Assembly: GCF_006345805.1 (NCBI RefSeq)
Contig: NC_043013.1
Span: 46,562,001-46,626,000, forward strand
Source of the DNA: Octopus sinensis
Taxonomy: Eukaryota
DNA: 64,000 nucleotides
Direction of reading: 5' to 3'
Shown here: in pieces, positions 1-12,707 of the stretch
Layout: the number at the start of each line of letters is the position of its first letter
Position numbering within the stretch: the first letter of the stretch is position 1
Notes under the pieces: generated by a model
What the model was told of the DNA's origin: nothing
Seen by the model: only the letters and a program-made list of their open reading frames with translations
Databases searched by the model: none
Made by a program: the position numbers and the translations under genes

Positions 1-446
1 ATCCCCCCCTCTCTCTCTTTCTCTCTCTGCCTTTCTGTCTCTTTGGCGCTCTCACTCTCTGTTTCTGTCTCTGTCTCTCCTCTTTCTCTTCAAACACCTT
101 CCATTTTAATTTCTTGACAAAATTTAGCACCGAGATTATTGTTCAAAATCTTCGTCAAATGGAAGCTGGAAATTTTTGGAATAAAAATTTTAGAAACAAA
201 TTTCAGAAAACGTTACAAAACAAATGGTAAGAACAAAAATTACAAAAACGTATAAAGAAAAAAAATGTAAACTTTTATGTTAAGCAAACACTATGTGAGA
301 AAGCTAAAAATTAAACATGAGAACTCTTTTATTGTCCGAATAATGACTATAGCTCACAGAAAATTTTCAAAGAGTATATAAAAAATTTGAGAGTCAATAA
401 GGAAAGAAATACGGAATGATAGAATGAGAGATTGCTTATTGCTTTG

Positions 447-486
447 AAGAGGGAGAGAGAGAGAGAGAGAGGTAGAGAGAGAGAGG

Positions 487-522
<36 letters not shown>

Positions 523-1210
523 TGTAGATAGACAGATAGACAGATAGACAGGCAGTATGAGAGAGAGAGAGGGGAAGAGATAGAGGGAGAGATAAGGATG
601 AAGGGGGAGAGAGAAAAATAACAGGGGAAACAAGAAAAAAAGAAGGCAAAAAGAAAGAGAAAAAGAGAAAGAGAAAAAGAGAGTCAGACGGAATGAGAGG
701 AGGGAGAGAGAGGATGAAAGAGATAGAGGGAGAGAAAGGGATGAAGGGGATGGGAGAAATATAGTAAGAAAAAGAAAGGGGGAAGGCGAAAGAGAAAGAG
801 AGAGCGGGCGAGAGAGAGGGAGAAAAAGCCACATTGAGAGAAACAGTGAGAGAGAGGGAGGGGGAGAGGGGAAGAAAGAGAGAGAGAGAAGGAAAAGGGA
901 AAAGGGCAGAGAGGGAGAGAAAGAGAGAGAGAGAAGGAAAAGGGAAAAGGGCAGAAAGGGAGAGAGAGAGAGAGAAGGAAAAGGGAAGAGGGCAGAGAGG
1001 GAGAAAAAGTAAGAAAGATTTGTAGAAAGATTAAAGCTGAAAGAGGGAGCAAGAAAGATGGAGGAAGAGAGAATAAAAAAAAAGTAGAGAGATTTGGAAG
1101 AAGAGAAGGGAAAGTTAAGGAAATGGATAGAAGGAGGGTCTGGAAGAGGGTGAAAGTCAACAGGAAGAGAGAGGAGGAGGATGAGGAGGAGGTGGAGAAG
1201 AGAGAGTTTA
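447..1210. repeat. GA-rich polypurine low-complexity tract
   Basis: (AG)n and A/G-only runs, with a roughly 3x internal repeat GAGAGAGAGAAGGAAAAGGGAA at about 880-995. Confidence 0.95.
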
Positions 1211-1683
1211 TTGAGAAGGTACAAATTGAAAATTTGGAAGCGCGGGGCTTGGTCAAGGACTGAACCCTTATCTTTATTTTACCAGCTAACACAACATGAC
1301 AGTGAATTTGCCGTGCAGCTTCTATTTAGTTACATGATCAGTTAGACATAACAAACAGATATTTGCTCCAAATCACGTTTGAATATCAGAAGACGAACGA
1401 CATTTTGAATATTGTATCTCAATGCACTTTACTATACTCCGAAAGGAAAATAAATGGGATGATCACGGTAGGAGTGTTACCGATCATGGCTCTGCTCACG
1501 GATGGCGAAACTGGGGGTTAAACAATAAAACAACCACAACAAGGGGCTAAATAGTATGACACTGAATCATCCAAAGATTGCTTAAGATTGCTTGTTGTTT
1601 ATAGTTTTTATACTTACATACATACATACATACATACATACACACACATACCTGTGTGTGGGCGTGAGTGTGTGTGTATGTGT

Positions 1684-1845
1684 ATACGATGGGCTTCTTT
1701 CAGTTTTCGTCTACTAAATGCATTAAGAAGGCTTTGGTCGGCCTGAGGCTATGGTAGAAGACATTGCCTAAGATGCCACACACCACAGAGTTGGACTGGA
1801 CTCGGGACCTTGAGGTTGGAAAGCAAGCTTTTTACCACATGCCAT
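1684..1845 (-). mobile_element. SINE family A, degenerate head half
   Basis: Reverse complement matches the 5' half of the copies at 6047 and 16747 (GAAACTGAAAGAAGCCC..CGTA motif). Confidence 0.8.
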
Positions 1846-1899
1846 CGCACGCTGCTCTCTCTTTTTCTCTCTCTCTTTCTCACGCGCGCTCTACATATA

Positions 1900-1936
<37 letters not shown>

Positions 1937-2033
1937 TGGACTCTCACACACATATATATAAGAAGGAGAGAGAGAGAGAGAGAGGAAAGGAAGAAAGAGT
2001 TAAACAGATATACGGATCATATACGACTACAAC

Positions 2034-2063
2034 AATACATGCATACATACATACATACATACA

Positions 2064-2095
<32 letters not shown>

Positions 2096-2354
2096 CATAC
2101 ATACATACATATGCATACATACAAACATACATACATATATATATACAAACATGCATGCATACACATACATACATACATGCATACACACATACATACATAC
2201 AAACATGCATGCACACACAGACATACATACATATATACACACATACAGACACACATACAGACATACATACATACATGCATCATGCATGCATACACACATA
2301 CACACATACATACAAACATACATACATACATACATACTACATACATACATACAT
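2034..2354. repeat. (CATA)n/(CA)n compound microsatellite
   Basis: Directly visible. Confidence 0.97.
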
Positions 2355-2699
2355 AGAGACTGCATAGATGACGTGTAAATTCCAACGGCGGAGGGGGGGG
2401 GTCTTTCTGGTTTCATACTAATTCAGTCTATAAACAAAACTAGAGACAATCCAACGTCCGTGATCAAATGCAGTGCCACGAGCCTGACACAATGGGCGAT
2501 GCCTTGGGTTCCCCCCCCCCCATGGGGACCTTAATCCTTTGTCATGACCACTTATATAGTTCGTGACTGTTGATTGCTTCAATGGACAGAAAACCCTCAT
2601 CAACCACGTCACCAAGGACTTCCACTTGAACTATCTACACGCTCACATATACAGATACACACACACATACATATTTATCCACACACACACACGCACACA

Positions 2700-3130
2700 C
2701 ACACACACGCACACACACACACACATACATGTATACATTCATTCGGACGTACCTGCCTACCTACCTACATACATACATGTGCACAAAATACACACACACA
2801 CACACACACACATACATGTATACATTCATTCGGACGTACCTGCCTACCTACCTACATACATACATGTGCACAAAATACACACACACACACCACACACACA
2901 TACATGTATACATTCATTCGGACGTACCTGCTACCTACCTACATACATACATGTGCACAAAATACACACACACACACACACACATACATGTATACATTCA
3001 TTCGGACGTACCTGCCTACCTACCTACATACATACATGTGCACAAAATACACACACACACACACACACATACATGTATACATTCATTCGGACGTACCTGC
3101 CTACCTACATTCATACACGTGCATAAACAC
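2700..3130. repeat. Minisatellite, about 5 units of 84-88 bp
   Basis: ATTCGGACGTACCTGC recurs at 2741, 2828, 2916, 3000 and 3085; unit length varies mainly through an internal (CA)n run. Confidence 0.95.
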
Positions 3131-3212
3131 ACACAACACACATGTCTATAAGATATAGATATACGAAGCGTATAAAATGATATCAGTTATGTGTAATGAT
3201 TAGAAGAAGGGC

Positions 3213-3520
3213 TAAAGACACCCCTTCGGTCATGAATGACCATGGAATTGTAACTAGAATGTTACCCTCCGAGGCACAAGTCCGGGCAAGGTTGTTTATG
3301 GAAGACCAGCAGTTACCCATGCATACAAGCCTCTCCTCTCCACGCCACCTATTTTGTCCAAGGGAAAGGCAAAGGCCGATACAGCTTGGCACCTGCTGAA
3401 TGAACTGGAGCAGCGTGAAATAAAGTATCTTGCTCAAAAACACAACAGAGAGCCCGGTCCAGGAATCGAACTCAGTACCTCATGATCGTAAGCCCAACGT
3501 TCTAAACATTGAACCATTGC
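3213..3520 (-). mobile_element. tRNA-derived SINE, head D plus tail 1
   Basis: Inverted homolog of 4152-4486 (TCATTCATGACCGAAGGGG, GGACTTGTGCCTCGGA); B-box-like GTTCGATTCC. Confidence 0.85.
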
Positions 3521-3593
3521 ACACAATTAAACAGTATGTATGAGCTAATACGAATGAATTTCTGTGCTATCATGTTGCTGTGAAAACAAGCAA

Positions 3594-3634
<41 letters not shown>

Positions 3635-4151
3635 GGAACTATTATGAATAAGATGAGAAACTAAGGCTTTTATGTCCACAGATGACCCAGAAAAGCTATA
3701 CTATCAAGGTCATAAAAGTCCCTCCTCTGAATGATTTTGAATATTTTTGCGGTGGGATTTTAATGTAAACAAACAACACAGCTACCGATGGAATGTAGGT
3801 AAATGAGCTACGGAGTGATTACTGTGTCAACGTTTTCCTACAAATATATATACAACCCGTGAAGTCCCTTTTTGACGGTCGTTGTAAAGCTACCGAGGAG
3901 AAAATCATTTCGGAGACCTGAGAATTGATTGTTGGTGCGAAAAGCTCATGTTCTTCTGGGCAGATCTTCATCAACTTGTTCCGAGGAACGCTGAAAGATG
4001 AAACCCATGTATCAGATTGGTTGCCTGTTGTACATTCAATACCAGTACCTGAACACCAGGAGGGGCAGACGGCCAGAAACTTCAGGCAACAAACGTGCTT
4101 GACTGTAATGTATAACTTACACACATTTTACTTCAACGTGTTCCTTCAGGA

Positions 4152-4486
4152 ACACGTTCCTGAGGTTGTGAGTTCGATTGTGAGGTTGTGAGGTTGTGAG
4201 TTCGATTCTCGGACCGGGCTGTGTGTTGTGTTCTTGAGCAAAACACTTTATTCCACGTTGCTCCAGTTCACTCAGCTGTAGAAATGAGTTGCGACGTGAC
4301 TGGTGCCAAGCCGTATCGGCCTTTGCCTTTCCCCTGGATAACATCAGTGGCGCGGAGAGGGGAGGCTGGTATGCATGGGCAACTGCTGGTCTTCTATAAA
4401 CAATCTTGCCCGGACTTGTGCCTCGGAAGGTAACTTTCTAGGTGCAATCCCATGGTCATTCATGACCGAAGGGGGTCTCCTCCTCC
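4152..4486 (+). mobile_element. tRNA-derived SINE, head D plus tail 1, 5' end rearranged
   Basis: B box GAGTTCGATTC (locally duplicated), TGTTCTTGAGCAAAACACTT core-like block; 10-bp TSD TCCTTCAGGA at 4142-4151 and 4487-4496. Confidence 0.9.
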
Positions 4487-4734
4487 TCCTTCAGGATAAC
4501 TACAAAAAGCAATACGATTACTGATGAGCCGGCAGGAGGAAAGAAAGCAGATCGTAACCGTTCTTTAGGAAGCTGTCTGTCTGTATGCGTATACGATGAG
4601 AAGGCGCTTCACTCTGTACTACAGGCGTTGATACTACAGTCACCTTGCTAAAGTTTCAACTGCTTTGGTCGATGCCCATTAAGGGACTGACAACAACATG
4701 GTTTACAGAGCTATTGATAAAAACCATGGCTTGT

Positions 4735-5030
4735 CACTTCACTTCACGTCACGTGACCGACCAGGCTATCAGATGTTGCTACACATCGTTGGTTACAATG
4801 CACTTCGCATTGTTTTAGCCTTCAAATGACGCCATCCTGCTGGCTAAGCGAGCAGGCCAACAGAAGAAAGAGTGAGAGAAATTTGTGGTGAAAGAGTACA
4901 GCAGAAATCGCCTGTTGGAGCCTCGTGGAGTTTTATGTGTTTTCGCTCAATAAACACCCACAACACCCGCTCTGGGAATCGAAACCGCGATCCTACGACC
5001 GCGAGTCCACTGTCCTAACCACTGGGCCAT
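4735..5030 (-). mobile_element. tRNA-derived SINE, head C plus tail 3
   Basis: Minus strand begins ATGGCCCAGTGGTTAGG (A box) ... GGTTTCGATTCCC (B box); head shared with 30528-30911; ends in (GTGAA/GTGAC)n. Confidence 0.88.
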
Positions 5031-5507
5031 AGTTATTGAAAGAATTAGGCTACCAACAGGGATATTGATGGCTTATATGTAATGCTTCTATTCCTAGTAG
5101 TGAATCCCTTGGCAAACCTGTTGGGAAATGCAAAAGCTTACATGATACGAGCTGTAGGGAAGAGACAAATTAATGTCATCCTCAACTCTTTTTAATGACA
5201 TTAAATTGTGTTCAAGTGATAACATTAAAAGACGATTGGAGCTGGTCATAATAATATGGGGTTTGCTCAGATAACTGTTTGTATCTAACAGTCAAACAAG
5301 AATGGTTATAGGCCAAACAAGGACTATGAACACCAACCGACGAGAATGTTGCGCACATTGGTTTTCTGAGAAAAGCTTGAATGTCCCCAAATATACTCCA
5401 GTAGATTGCACACTGCTAGTACTCACACTGCTGGTACCCAACGCTGGGATTTCAAGACTGGACACTTGAAGAAATCCGCAATTTGATCATTTGGACTAGG
5501 AAGATAC

Positions 5508-5741
5508 GTATTTCTTTATTGCCCACAAGGGGCTAAACATAGAGGGGACAAACAAGGACAGACAAAGGGATTAAGTCGATAACATCGACCCCAGTGCGTA
5601 ACTGGTACTTAATTTATCGACCCCGAAATGATGAAAGGCAAAGTTGACCTCTGCGGAATTTGAACTCAGAACGTAACGACAGACGAAATACGGCTACGCA
5701 TTTCGTCCGGCGTGCTAACGTTTCTGCCGGCTCGCCGCCTT
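5508..5741 (-). mobile_element. SINE family B
   Basis: Family consensus GGCGGCGAGC..GAGTTCAAATTCC..GCCTTTCATC..CGGGGTCGATAAA; 12-bp TSD CTAGGAAGATAC at 5496-5507 and 5742-5753. Confidence 0.93.
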
Positions 5742-6046
5742 CTAGGAAGATACTAACAAGGACTTGTAACACCCACAACAGAAACACTGACAAGATCAAA
5801 GTAAAAAATAAGAACGGAGGCAGAGAAATAAGATCATCCTACGAGTGCCACATCGTGTCGCTTAGATAACACTCACTGAACAGTAAAGGGAAAAATTAAT
5901 ATATCATAAGTATACTCGACCGCTAAAACCAAAACGTGATAAGGCGAAGAACTTCTGAACAAGCAGCATGAGTGTGCAGCTGTTCCATGTGTATCGTGGG
6001 TGGCTCGACTTACCTACTTTCATAGAGGTTTGGAGAAATATTCATC

Positions 6047-6440
6047 AGGAGTGGCTGTGTGGTAAGTAGCTTGCTTACCAACCATATGGTTCCGGGTTCA
6101 GTCCCACTGCATGGCACCTTGGGCAAGTGTCTCCTATTATAGCCTCGGGCCGACCAATGCCTTGTGAGTGGATTTAGTAGACGGAAACTGAAAGAAGCCC
6201 ATCGTATATATGTATATGTGTGTGTGTTTGTGTGCCTGTGTTTGTCCCCGCTACATCGCTTGACAACCGATGCTGGTGTGTTTACGTTCTCGTAACTTAG
6301 CGGTTGGGCAAAAATACCGATAGAATAAGTACTAGGCTTACAAAACAATAAGTCCTGGGGTCGATTTGCTCGACTAAAGACGGTGCTCCAGCACGGCCGC
6401 AGTCAAATGACTGAAACAAGTAAAAGAGTAAAAGAGTAAG
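6047..6440 (+). mobile_element. SINE family A, full length
   Basis: A box TGGCTGTGTGG, B box GGTTCAGTCCC, CORE-like CACCTTGGGCAAGT, central (TA)/(TG) linker, AAAAGAGT repeat tail; near-identical copy at 16747. Confidence 0.93.
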
Positions 6441-6489
6441 GAGTATACTGACAGGAAGTACACGTGAGTACATATCCAACGAACTAGAG

Positions 6490-6972
6490 CAGCAGTTCCC
6501 AATCATTTTTAAACTAGGGACCCCTCTGATTCCTGTTGCAAAAAAATCCTATATTTTTATACCTTAATAATATTAGGAATTGTATAAAAGAAACTGTTAA
6601 GACATTTTGTGTATTGTTGAAGTATTATTGGGCTGAAGTACAATCAGTTTATTGGGCGGCGAGCTGACAGAATCGTTAGCACGCTGGGCGAAATGCGTAG
6701 CCGTATTTCGTCTGCCGCTACGTTCTGGGTTCAAATTCCGCCGAGGTCGACTTTGCCTTTCATCGTTTTGGGGTCGATAAATTAAGTACTAGTTACGCAC
6801 TGGGGTCGATGTAATCGGCTTAATCCGTTTGTCTGTCCTTGTTTGTCCGCTCTGTGTTTAGCCCCTTGTGGGTAGTAAATAAATATATAATCATTTTATT
6901 GCAAGTAAATTTTAACAACAAAATCTTATAAGGACCCCCCGAGGGCCATATGGACCCTTTTGAGCACCACTG
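6490..6972. mobile_element. Non-autonomous hAT (Charlie/MER5-like) MITE containing a SINE B
   Basis: Imperfect TIRs CAGCAGTTCCCAA / TTGAGCACCACTG; degenerate 8-bp flanks AACTAGAG / GGCCAGAG; the R4 relic resumes on both sides. Confidence 0.6.
6655..6885 (+). mobile_element. SINE family B
   Basis: Family consensus; imperfect 16-bp TSD TACAATCAGTTTATTG / TATAATCATTTTATTG. Confidence 0.92.
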
Positions 6973-8007
6973 GGCCAGAGGATATCAACAGTAGTAATAG
7001 ACTCTCTTCGACCTGTGACAGATCCATCATATCTCATTTAAACGTGTACGCATTTGCATAAGCTTTGCTATCCAGGGACAGTGAGATAGCTTCTAAATAT
7101 CTGATCAACAAGAGAAATAATGATGCCTCCAGACCTGCACGTCGTGACAGAAAAAGTCGACTGTGCCATATTAGTGTAGAAGATCCATTTTATCCAAAAT
7201 TGCCTGCGAGATAGTACGAGGCAAGAGATTATCGTTAAAAGCGTCTATAATGCTATACGGAAGAAAGGAGTGTCCTGACTGCCATACCAACAGCACACCA
7301 GAAGCAGAAATATCCACAATTTCACAAATAATAAATACTTGTGAAGCATGCCTATAAAAACTGGACTTGGCGTAAACAGAATAGGCCAGCTATTGTTATA
7401 TGGGACAGGAAGTAGAAGCCATGCACTGCTGTAGAGGTTATCAGCCTGGCAGATGTTAATGTCTCGTTGTGAATTCGAGAAAAGGGGGACATCTGTGGAG
7501 GATTAATGTGAAACTTGCCATGCTTATATTTAGGCTATAGGTTTTCATTTGTGCATGTTACCAATGGTGCACTGACCCATGTAGCTCCAGATTCGCAAGA
7601 GAAGCCTAGAATAGCTGGAGTTTTCGAAACAGAAACGAAACAAAATAATTTGCCTTCTCCAAATACAGTCGATTAGAAAAGCAGTGATGAGATGTAAAAC
7701 ATTCCAGGGATTCTCTATTTAAGATTCCGGGACTGAACGCATACACGCTATATGCATATGGCACACACACACACACATAAACTCACGTACACACACACCA
7801 CACACACACACATGCACACAGACACAGACGCACACTACGATTCTCTTTATTGTAGATGACCCGATGAATTTGAATGATTAAACGGCCCCCCTTCTCTTAC
7901 TGCTATGTAATTAATGAATGCTTAACGCAAATTTGAACTCCTGTTTCACGATTAAAACTTTACTCCAGAGCACACGTCTCAAGAATATACATTTTGCATA
8001 TTTCAGT

Positions 8008-8355
8008 GCCCATGCTGGGGCACCGCCTCGAAGAATTTTTTGTTGAGTGAATCGACCTTGGTACTTAATCTGTCGGTTATTTTGCCGAGCCACTAAGTTA
8101 CAGGGATGTGAAGACACCAATGCAGGTTGTCAAATGGTGGTGGTGGTGCTTGACAAACACAAAGACACACACATACACACACACACACATACACACACAC
8201 ACTCACACACATTCAACGGGCTTCTTTCAGTTTTCGTCGACCAAATCCACTCACAAATCTTTATTCGGCCCGAGGCTGTAGTAGAAGACACTTGCCCAAG
8301 GTGCCATTCAGTGGGACTGAACCCAGAATCGACCAAGCTTATTACCGCACAGCCC
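8008..8355 (-). mobile_element. SINE family A, diverged
   Basis: Reverse complement matches head and tail of 6047-6440. Confidence 0.85.
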
Positions 8356-8369
8356 TCTCTGCGCTTATG

Positions 8370-8555
8370 TTTATCCCCCGAGTTAGCTCTGCTGGAACAG
8401 ACCAATGATCAAAGCCATTACAACCATGACCATCCCGTCTTTCATTTAGATGTAGTATATTCAGTGTGGCTTTCTTTTAATAAGAGGGGGAAATAAATGT
8501 ATGACTTGAGTGATATTTGACTGCTGTTTCTAGCAAGTCGATCAACCATATCGTC
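8370..8555. repeat. Unclassified interspersed repeat, related to 39585-39785
   Basis: Diverged shared blocks (CCCC.AG.T..., ACC.ATG.T.AAA..CATT..A.CC.T.ACCA...CGTC), judged by eye. Confidence 0.4.
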
Positions 8556-8799
8556 TGGACCCCGGCATTTATTTTGCGAATATATTTCGTATCTCAAACC
8601 CATAATTTAAAGTTCCATACGTATTTCAATTAAAAAGACGTTTTATATGATTGCGCTAAATATTTACATGGATTTTCGTACATCAAAATATATTTCCAGA
8701 TTTGTCAGCACATCTGTACTGAAAGATAACTAGATACATAATTATATATAAACATATCCGTTACACGCACATACACTTCCCCCCACACACACATCCACA

Positions 8800-8888
8800 G
8801 ATATACATAATTATATACGTATATACATATCTATATATATATACATATATATAAATATATAAATGATAAATATTTTCATATATATATA

Positions 8889-8949
<61 letters not shown>

Positions 8950-9010
8950 CCACATACACACACACGTATATATTCATATGTATGTAAATTATATATATAT
9001 GTAGTATATA

Positions 9011-9054
<44 letters not shown>

Positions 9055-9160
9055 TATACATACACACATACACACATATATATATGTATAAATATATAAT
9101 AATATATTCATATATATATCATATATATATATATATTCATATATATATATGTATATATAT
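8800..9160. repeat. (TA)n-rich microsatellite
   Basis: Directly visible. Confidence 0.97.
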
Positions 9161-10139
9161 GCTATAAGGGTAGATAGTTATTAAGAAATAATCACAACAT
9201 CGAAATGCTTAGAATTCTTAAAAGCTACGATGGTTTACTTGGATATGCAATTGCCGTGTGAAACTACTTATTGTACCATTAAACTGATAGGTCTGGGGAG
9301 ATTGAGTTGAAAACCTTATCTAATAAATCACCAGTCATATGAAGACGCTTTGATCAAATAATCAAAAAAGATAAATAAAAATTAGACAATAACAATAACA
9401 AATAAAAAAAAGTGAAACAAACAAAAACAAAACAAGCAAAATCCAAACGGAACACCAAATATGGCAGTGATGGTGTTGGTGGTGGTTGTAGTGGTGGGGT
9501 GACAACTAGGGGGAGGGCGGTGAGAAACGAAATTAAACATTGATGAATAACTGTCCAATTGGATATTTTTATATAATATGAAATTTCTGACTTTGCCGAA
9601 ACTACGTGTTTGATTTTAATTTTATTAATTTTTTTTTTTTGTGTGTTTGTAAGTTGCAGAAAACATTAAAATTAGAATTTCTGTTCAGTATTTGTTCCAG
9701 AATATATTTATTGAAATTAATTAAATAGTTAAATGAACTCATGTCGTTGAAATATTGATTATATTATAATCACAAATATGCTTCTTGGGGAAGCAGAAAA
9801 AAATTATCCAAAAACTTTCGTTTTGATTGTTGCAATAATTTAAGTTTTCATTAAAGATATTGGAAGTTAGATTTGGTTTAACTTAAATAAATCATTTCTG
9901 AGCTTGTCTTTTTTTTTCTTTCGCAGCATTTAATCGTGATCACTGCCTACAGTTGATATTAGATGTTGTCGGGTATCTAATATTAAAATATACAAAATCT
10001 TGAAAGATATAAGAAATCATCCGCATCAAAACAATTAGAAACGTAGAATGACACACAAACACACACAAACATGCCTCAACAACACACGTACATATAGATG
10101 AGTACGTCAAACAATACAATATCAATATATATTAGATAC

Positions 10140-10367
<228 letters not shown>

Positions 10368-11337
10368 ATTAACATACCTCGGCAAATTGTAATGTATTAG
10401 TGTTGCAAGAGAGAGAGAGTGTGTTCAATGATTATTTTGTTTTCATCACACTCTGTGCTAACAAAGAAAAATGTCTGAGATATGTTAAGTGGCTACATGT
10501 GAAGTAGATCGGAATCTAAGAATGAGAAGCGATAGGTTCCTTCAACAACGTACAAGTTATATCATTGCTGTGAGGCTTTGGTGTTATTTTAAAATTCAGA
10601 TTTCTTAACTGCATGATTCAAAATGTCGTCTGTTCTCCATTTTTAGATCTGTCTACAGTGGAAATAAGAACATCTTAATGTTTGCTGTACAATAGTGGAT
10701 CAGTTAAAAGAAAAAAATGGAAGCTTGGCGTAGTATATAAAAAAAGAACGAGTTCATATTTCGTATGAATCCTTATGTTTCATCTCAGTTATACAGAAAA
10801 ATGTGCTTTGATTTAGTTTTTGGGTTCAGAACATTCTTTTATAAATGCAAATAGATTCATAAGGAATTCTATTCTGTAAATTCTGATTAGTCTGTGAGAA
10901 TGTTTAATGTGCTGTGATTAAATACGAATTTTTTTAGCGCATTTGATTACATAGGAGCATTGCTATGTGTATTGCGATTAGCAGAGGGCATTCTTTAAGA
11001 AACATTTATCGAAGCGTGTGTTGAGCAATATAAGAAATGACTATTCCATTTGGTCAAATGTGATTCCGACAAAGTTTGCGATTCTAAAATGGTATGGCAC
11101 CACTTGAACACGTATTGCTCGTTGATAAGTTATAAATGTCTCTCATTTTATTTGGCTTCTATCTCCTAACACATGGATTATTTGTAACTAGTAAAATAAA
11201 AACTCCACACCCAGCATCAACCGATATCCCAGTCCACACATTATCAAAGTATATATATAATATATGTAAAACTACGTAGAAGAAATGTGACGTGGCAACT
11301 TTAAACTCTTTCAACGTATATTGAAAAAATATGAATA

Positions 11338-11380
11338 ACCGCAAACGATTTTCGAACCTTAATGAGCTCTCGTCAGCGGT
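11338..11380 (-). ncRNA. Degenerate minimal type I hammerhead ribozyme motif
   Basis: Minus strand ACCG-CUGACGA-GAGC(ucauuaag)GUUC-GAAA-aucguuug-CGGU; stems I and II form, but stem III and the cleavage triplet are non-canonical. Confidence 0.55.
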
Positions 11381-11417
11381 GTCTATCGTTTGACTTATCT
11401 CAGAAATAAGCAGTCAC

Positions 11418-11473
11418 TCTATCTATCTATCTATCTATCTATCTAACTATTTATCTATCTATCTATCTATCTA

Positions 11474-11515
<42 letters not shown>

Positions 11516-11723
11516 GTCTGTCTGTCTGTCTGTCTGTCTGCCTGTCTGTCTGTCTGCCTGCCTGCCTGCCTGCCTGCCTGCCTATCAGTCTGCCCGTCTG
11601 TCTGTCTGCCTGTCTGTCTTAGATAAATGACTGCTATTGGTGAATTTAGAGCTCCTAGTAGAATATGATCGTTCATTTTGTGTTTATAGTATGTTTTCTG
11701 ATCTACACATACATACATAATAT

Positions 11724-11810
<87 letters not shown>
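11418..11810. repeat. (CTAT)n/(CTGT)n/(CCTG)n and (TA)n microsatellites
   Basis: Directly visible. Confidence 0.95.
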
Positions 11811-11812
<2 letters not shown>

Positions 11813-12062
11813 GTTATAATTAATGAGAGATACGGAAGGTGGAAGATACGAGAATCGGCATTGATCACTACAATCGTCTCGCCCCGTCTAACACCAATCA
11901 TTCGCGAGTGGAATATTGTACAACTGGTTTAGGCGTATCGCTCAGTATAGATTTGTCTCATATCTTCCCGTCTATCTCCTTAATCAAATACCCAACGAAC
12001 CCTGAGCCAGTGAACATGCTTTGCCAGCAAACTACCAGCTGTATTCCATACAATATATTAAC

Positions 12063-12066
<4 letters not shown>

Positions 12067-12157
<91 letters not shown>

Positions 12158-12372
12158 TGTTTATCCACCAGCTATCGCTTGGCAATCGAAAGCTGGTGTG
12201 TTTATGTTCCTGCAAGCTAGTGATACGGCAAAAGAGACCGATAGAATAGAACAAGTACTACGGTTACAAAGAATATGTCTTGAGGTCGATTTCTTCTTCG
12301 ATTAAAACCCTTTAAGGTGGTGCTCCCGTATGGCCGCAATCAAATGACTGAAACAAGTAAAAGAATAAAAGA
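12067..12372 (+). mobile_element. (TA)n(TG)n followed by the SINE A tail half
   Basis: GGCAAAAGAGACCGATAGAATA..GGTGCTCC..ATGGCCGCA.TCAAATGACTGAAACAAGTAAAAGA. Confidence 0.85.
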
Positions 12373-12441
12373 ATATATATATATATATATTTGTTTGTGT
12401 GTGTGTGTGTGTGTATATATATGCATGTGTGTATATATTTG

Positions 12442-12660
12442 AAGGCGCATGCTAAGTGGTTAGGTTGTTGTACACATGATCGAAGAATTGTGGTTTCGAT
12501 TCCTGGATTGGGTAACGCGTTGTGTCCTTGAGCAAACCCCTTCATTTCACGTTATTCCACTTTAATGATCTGGTAAAAATGGGTAGCCTTGCAATGGACC
12601 GGCTCCCGCCTCTATGGAGAAAGCTATACAGCAGAGAAACTGGAAAGCCGGCCCTCTGCT
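12442..12660 (+). mobile_element. tRNA-derived SINE, head D plus V-like tail, diverged
   Basis: GGCGCATG..AGTGGTTAG, GGTTTCGATTCC, GTGTCCTTGAGCAA; then CTTGCAATGGACCGG..GAAACTGGAAAGCCGGCCCT, as in the tail of 32500-32804. Confidence 0.7.
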
Positions 12661-12707
12661 CCTTACAGAGTAATGCATATTAATCATGTATGTATAAACT
12701 CATAAAC

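Larger units (their letters stand above)
3633..7725 (+). pseudogene. Decayed R4/Dong-type non-LTR retrotransposon ORF (RT, CCHC region, restriction-like endonuclease), split by nested insertions
   Basis: Translated pieces in the expected order: DWLP..ARNFRQQTCLTVMYNL, ITDEPAGGKK, KGLTTTWFTEL, VNPLANLL, FNDIKL (YxDD position), DWTLEEIRN..TRKILT..KNGGRE, SKYLINKR..SRLCHISVED, QNRPAIVIWDRK..VEVISLADVNV, LQIQSI..CKTF; many stops and frameshifts. Confidence 0.8.

Noticed and set aside
347-1292. Long Ser/Leu/Phe-rich ORFs
   Set aside because: Translations of the GA/CT low-complexity tract; no domain content.
2700-3130. CRISPR-like repeat and spacer appearance
   Set aside because: The spacers are not unique, the context is eukaryotic and there are no cas genes; it is a minisatellite.
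4521-4545. CTGATGAG hammerhead-like box
   Set aside because: No stem II/GAAA/stem I arrangement; it lies in the RT relic codons ITDEPAG.
9900-9980. Polypyrimidine tract plus CAG at about 9927 as a possible splice acceptor
   Set aside because: No convincing donor or recognisable peptide; cannot be supported without RNA data.
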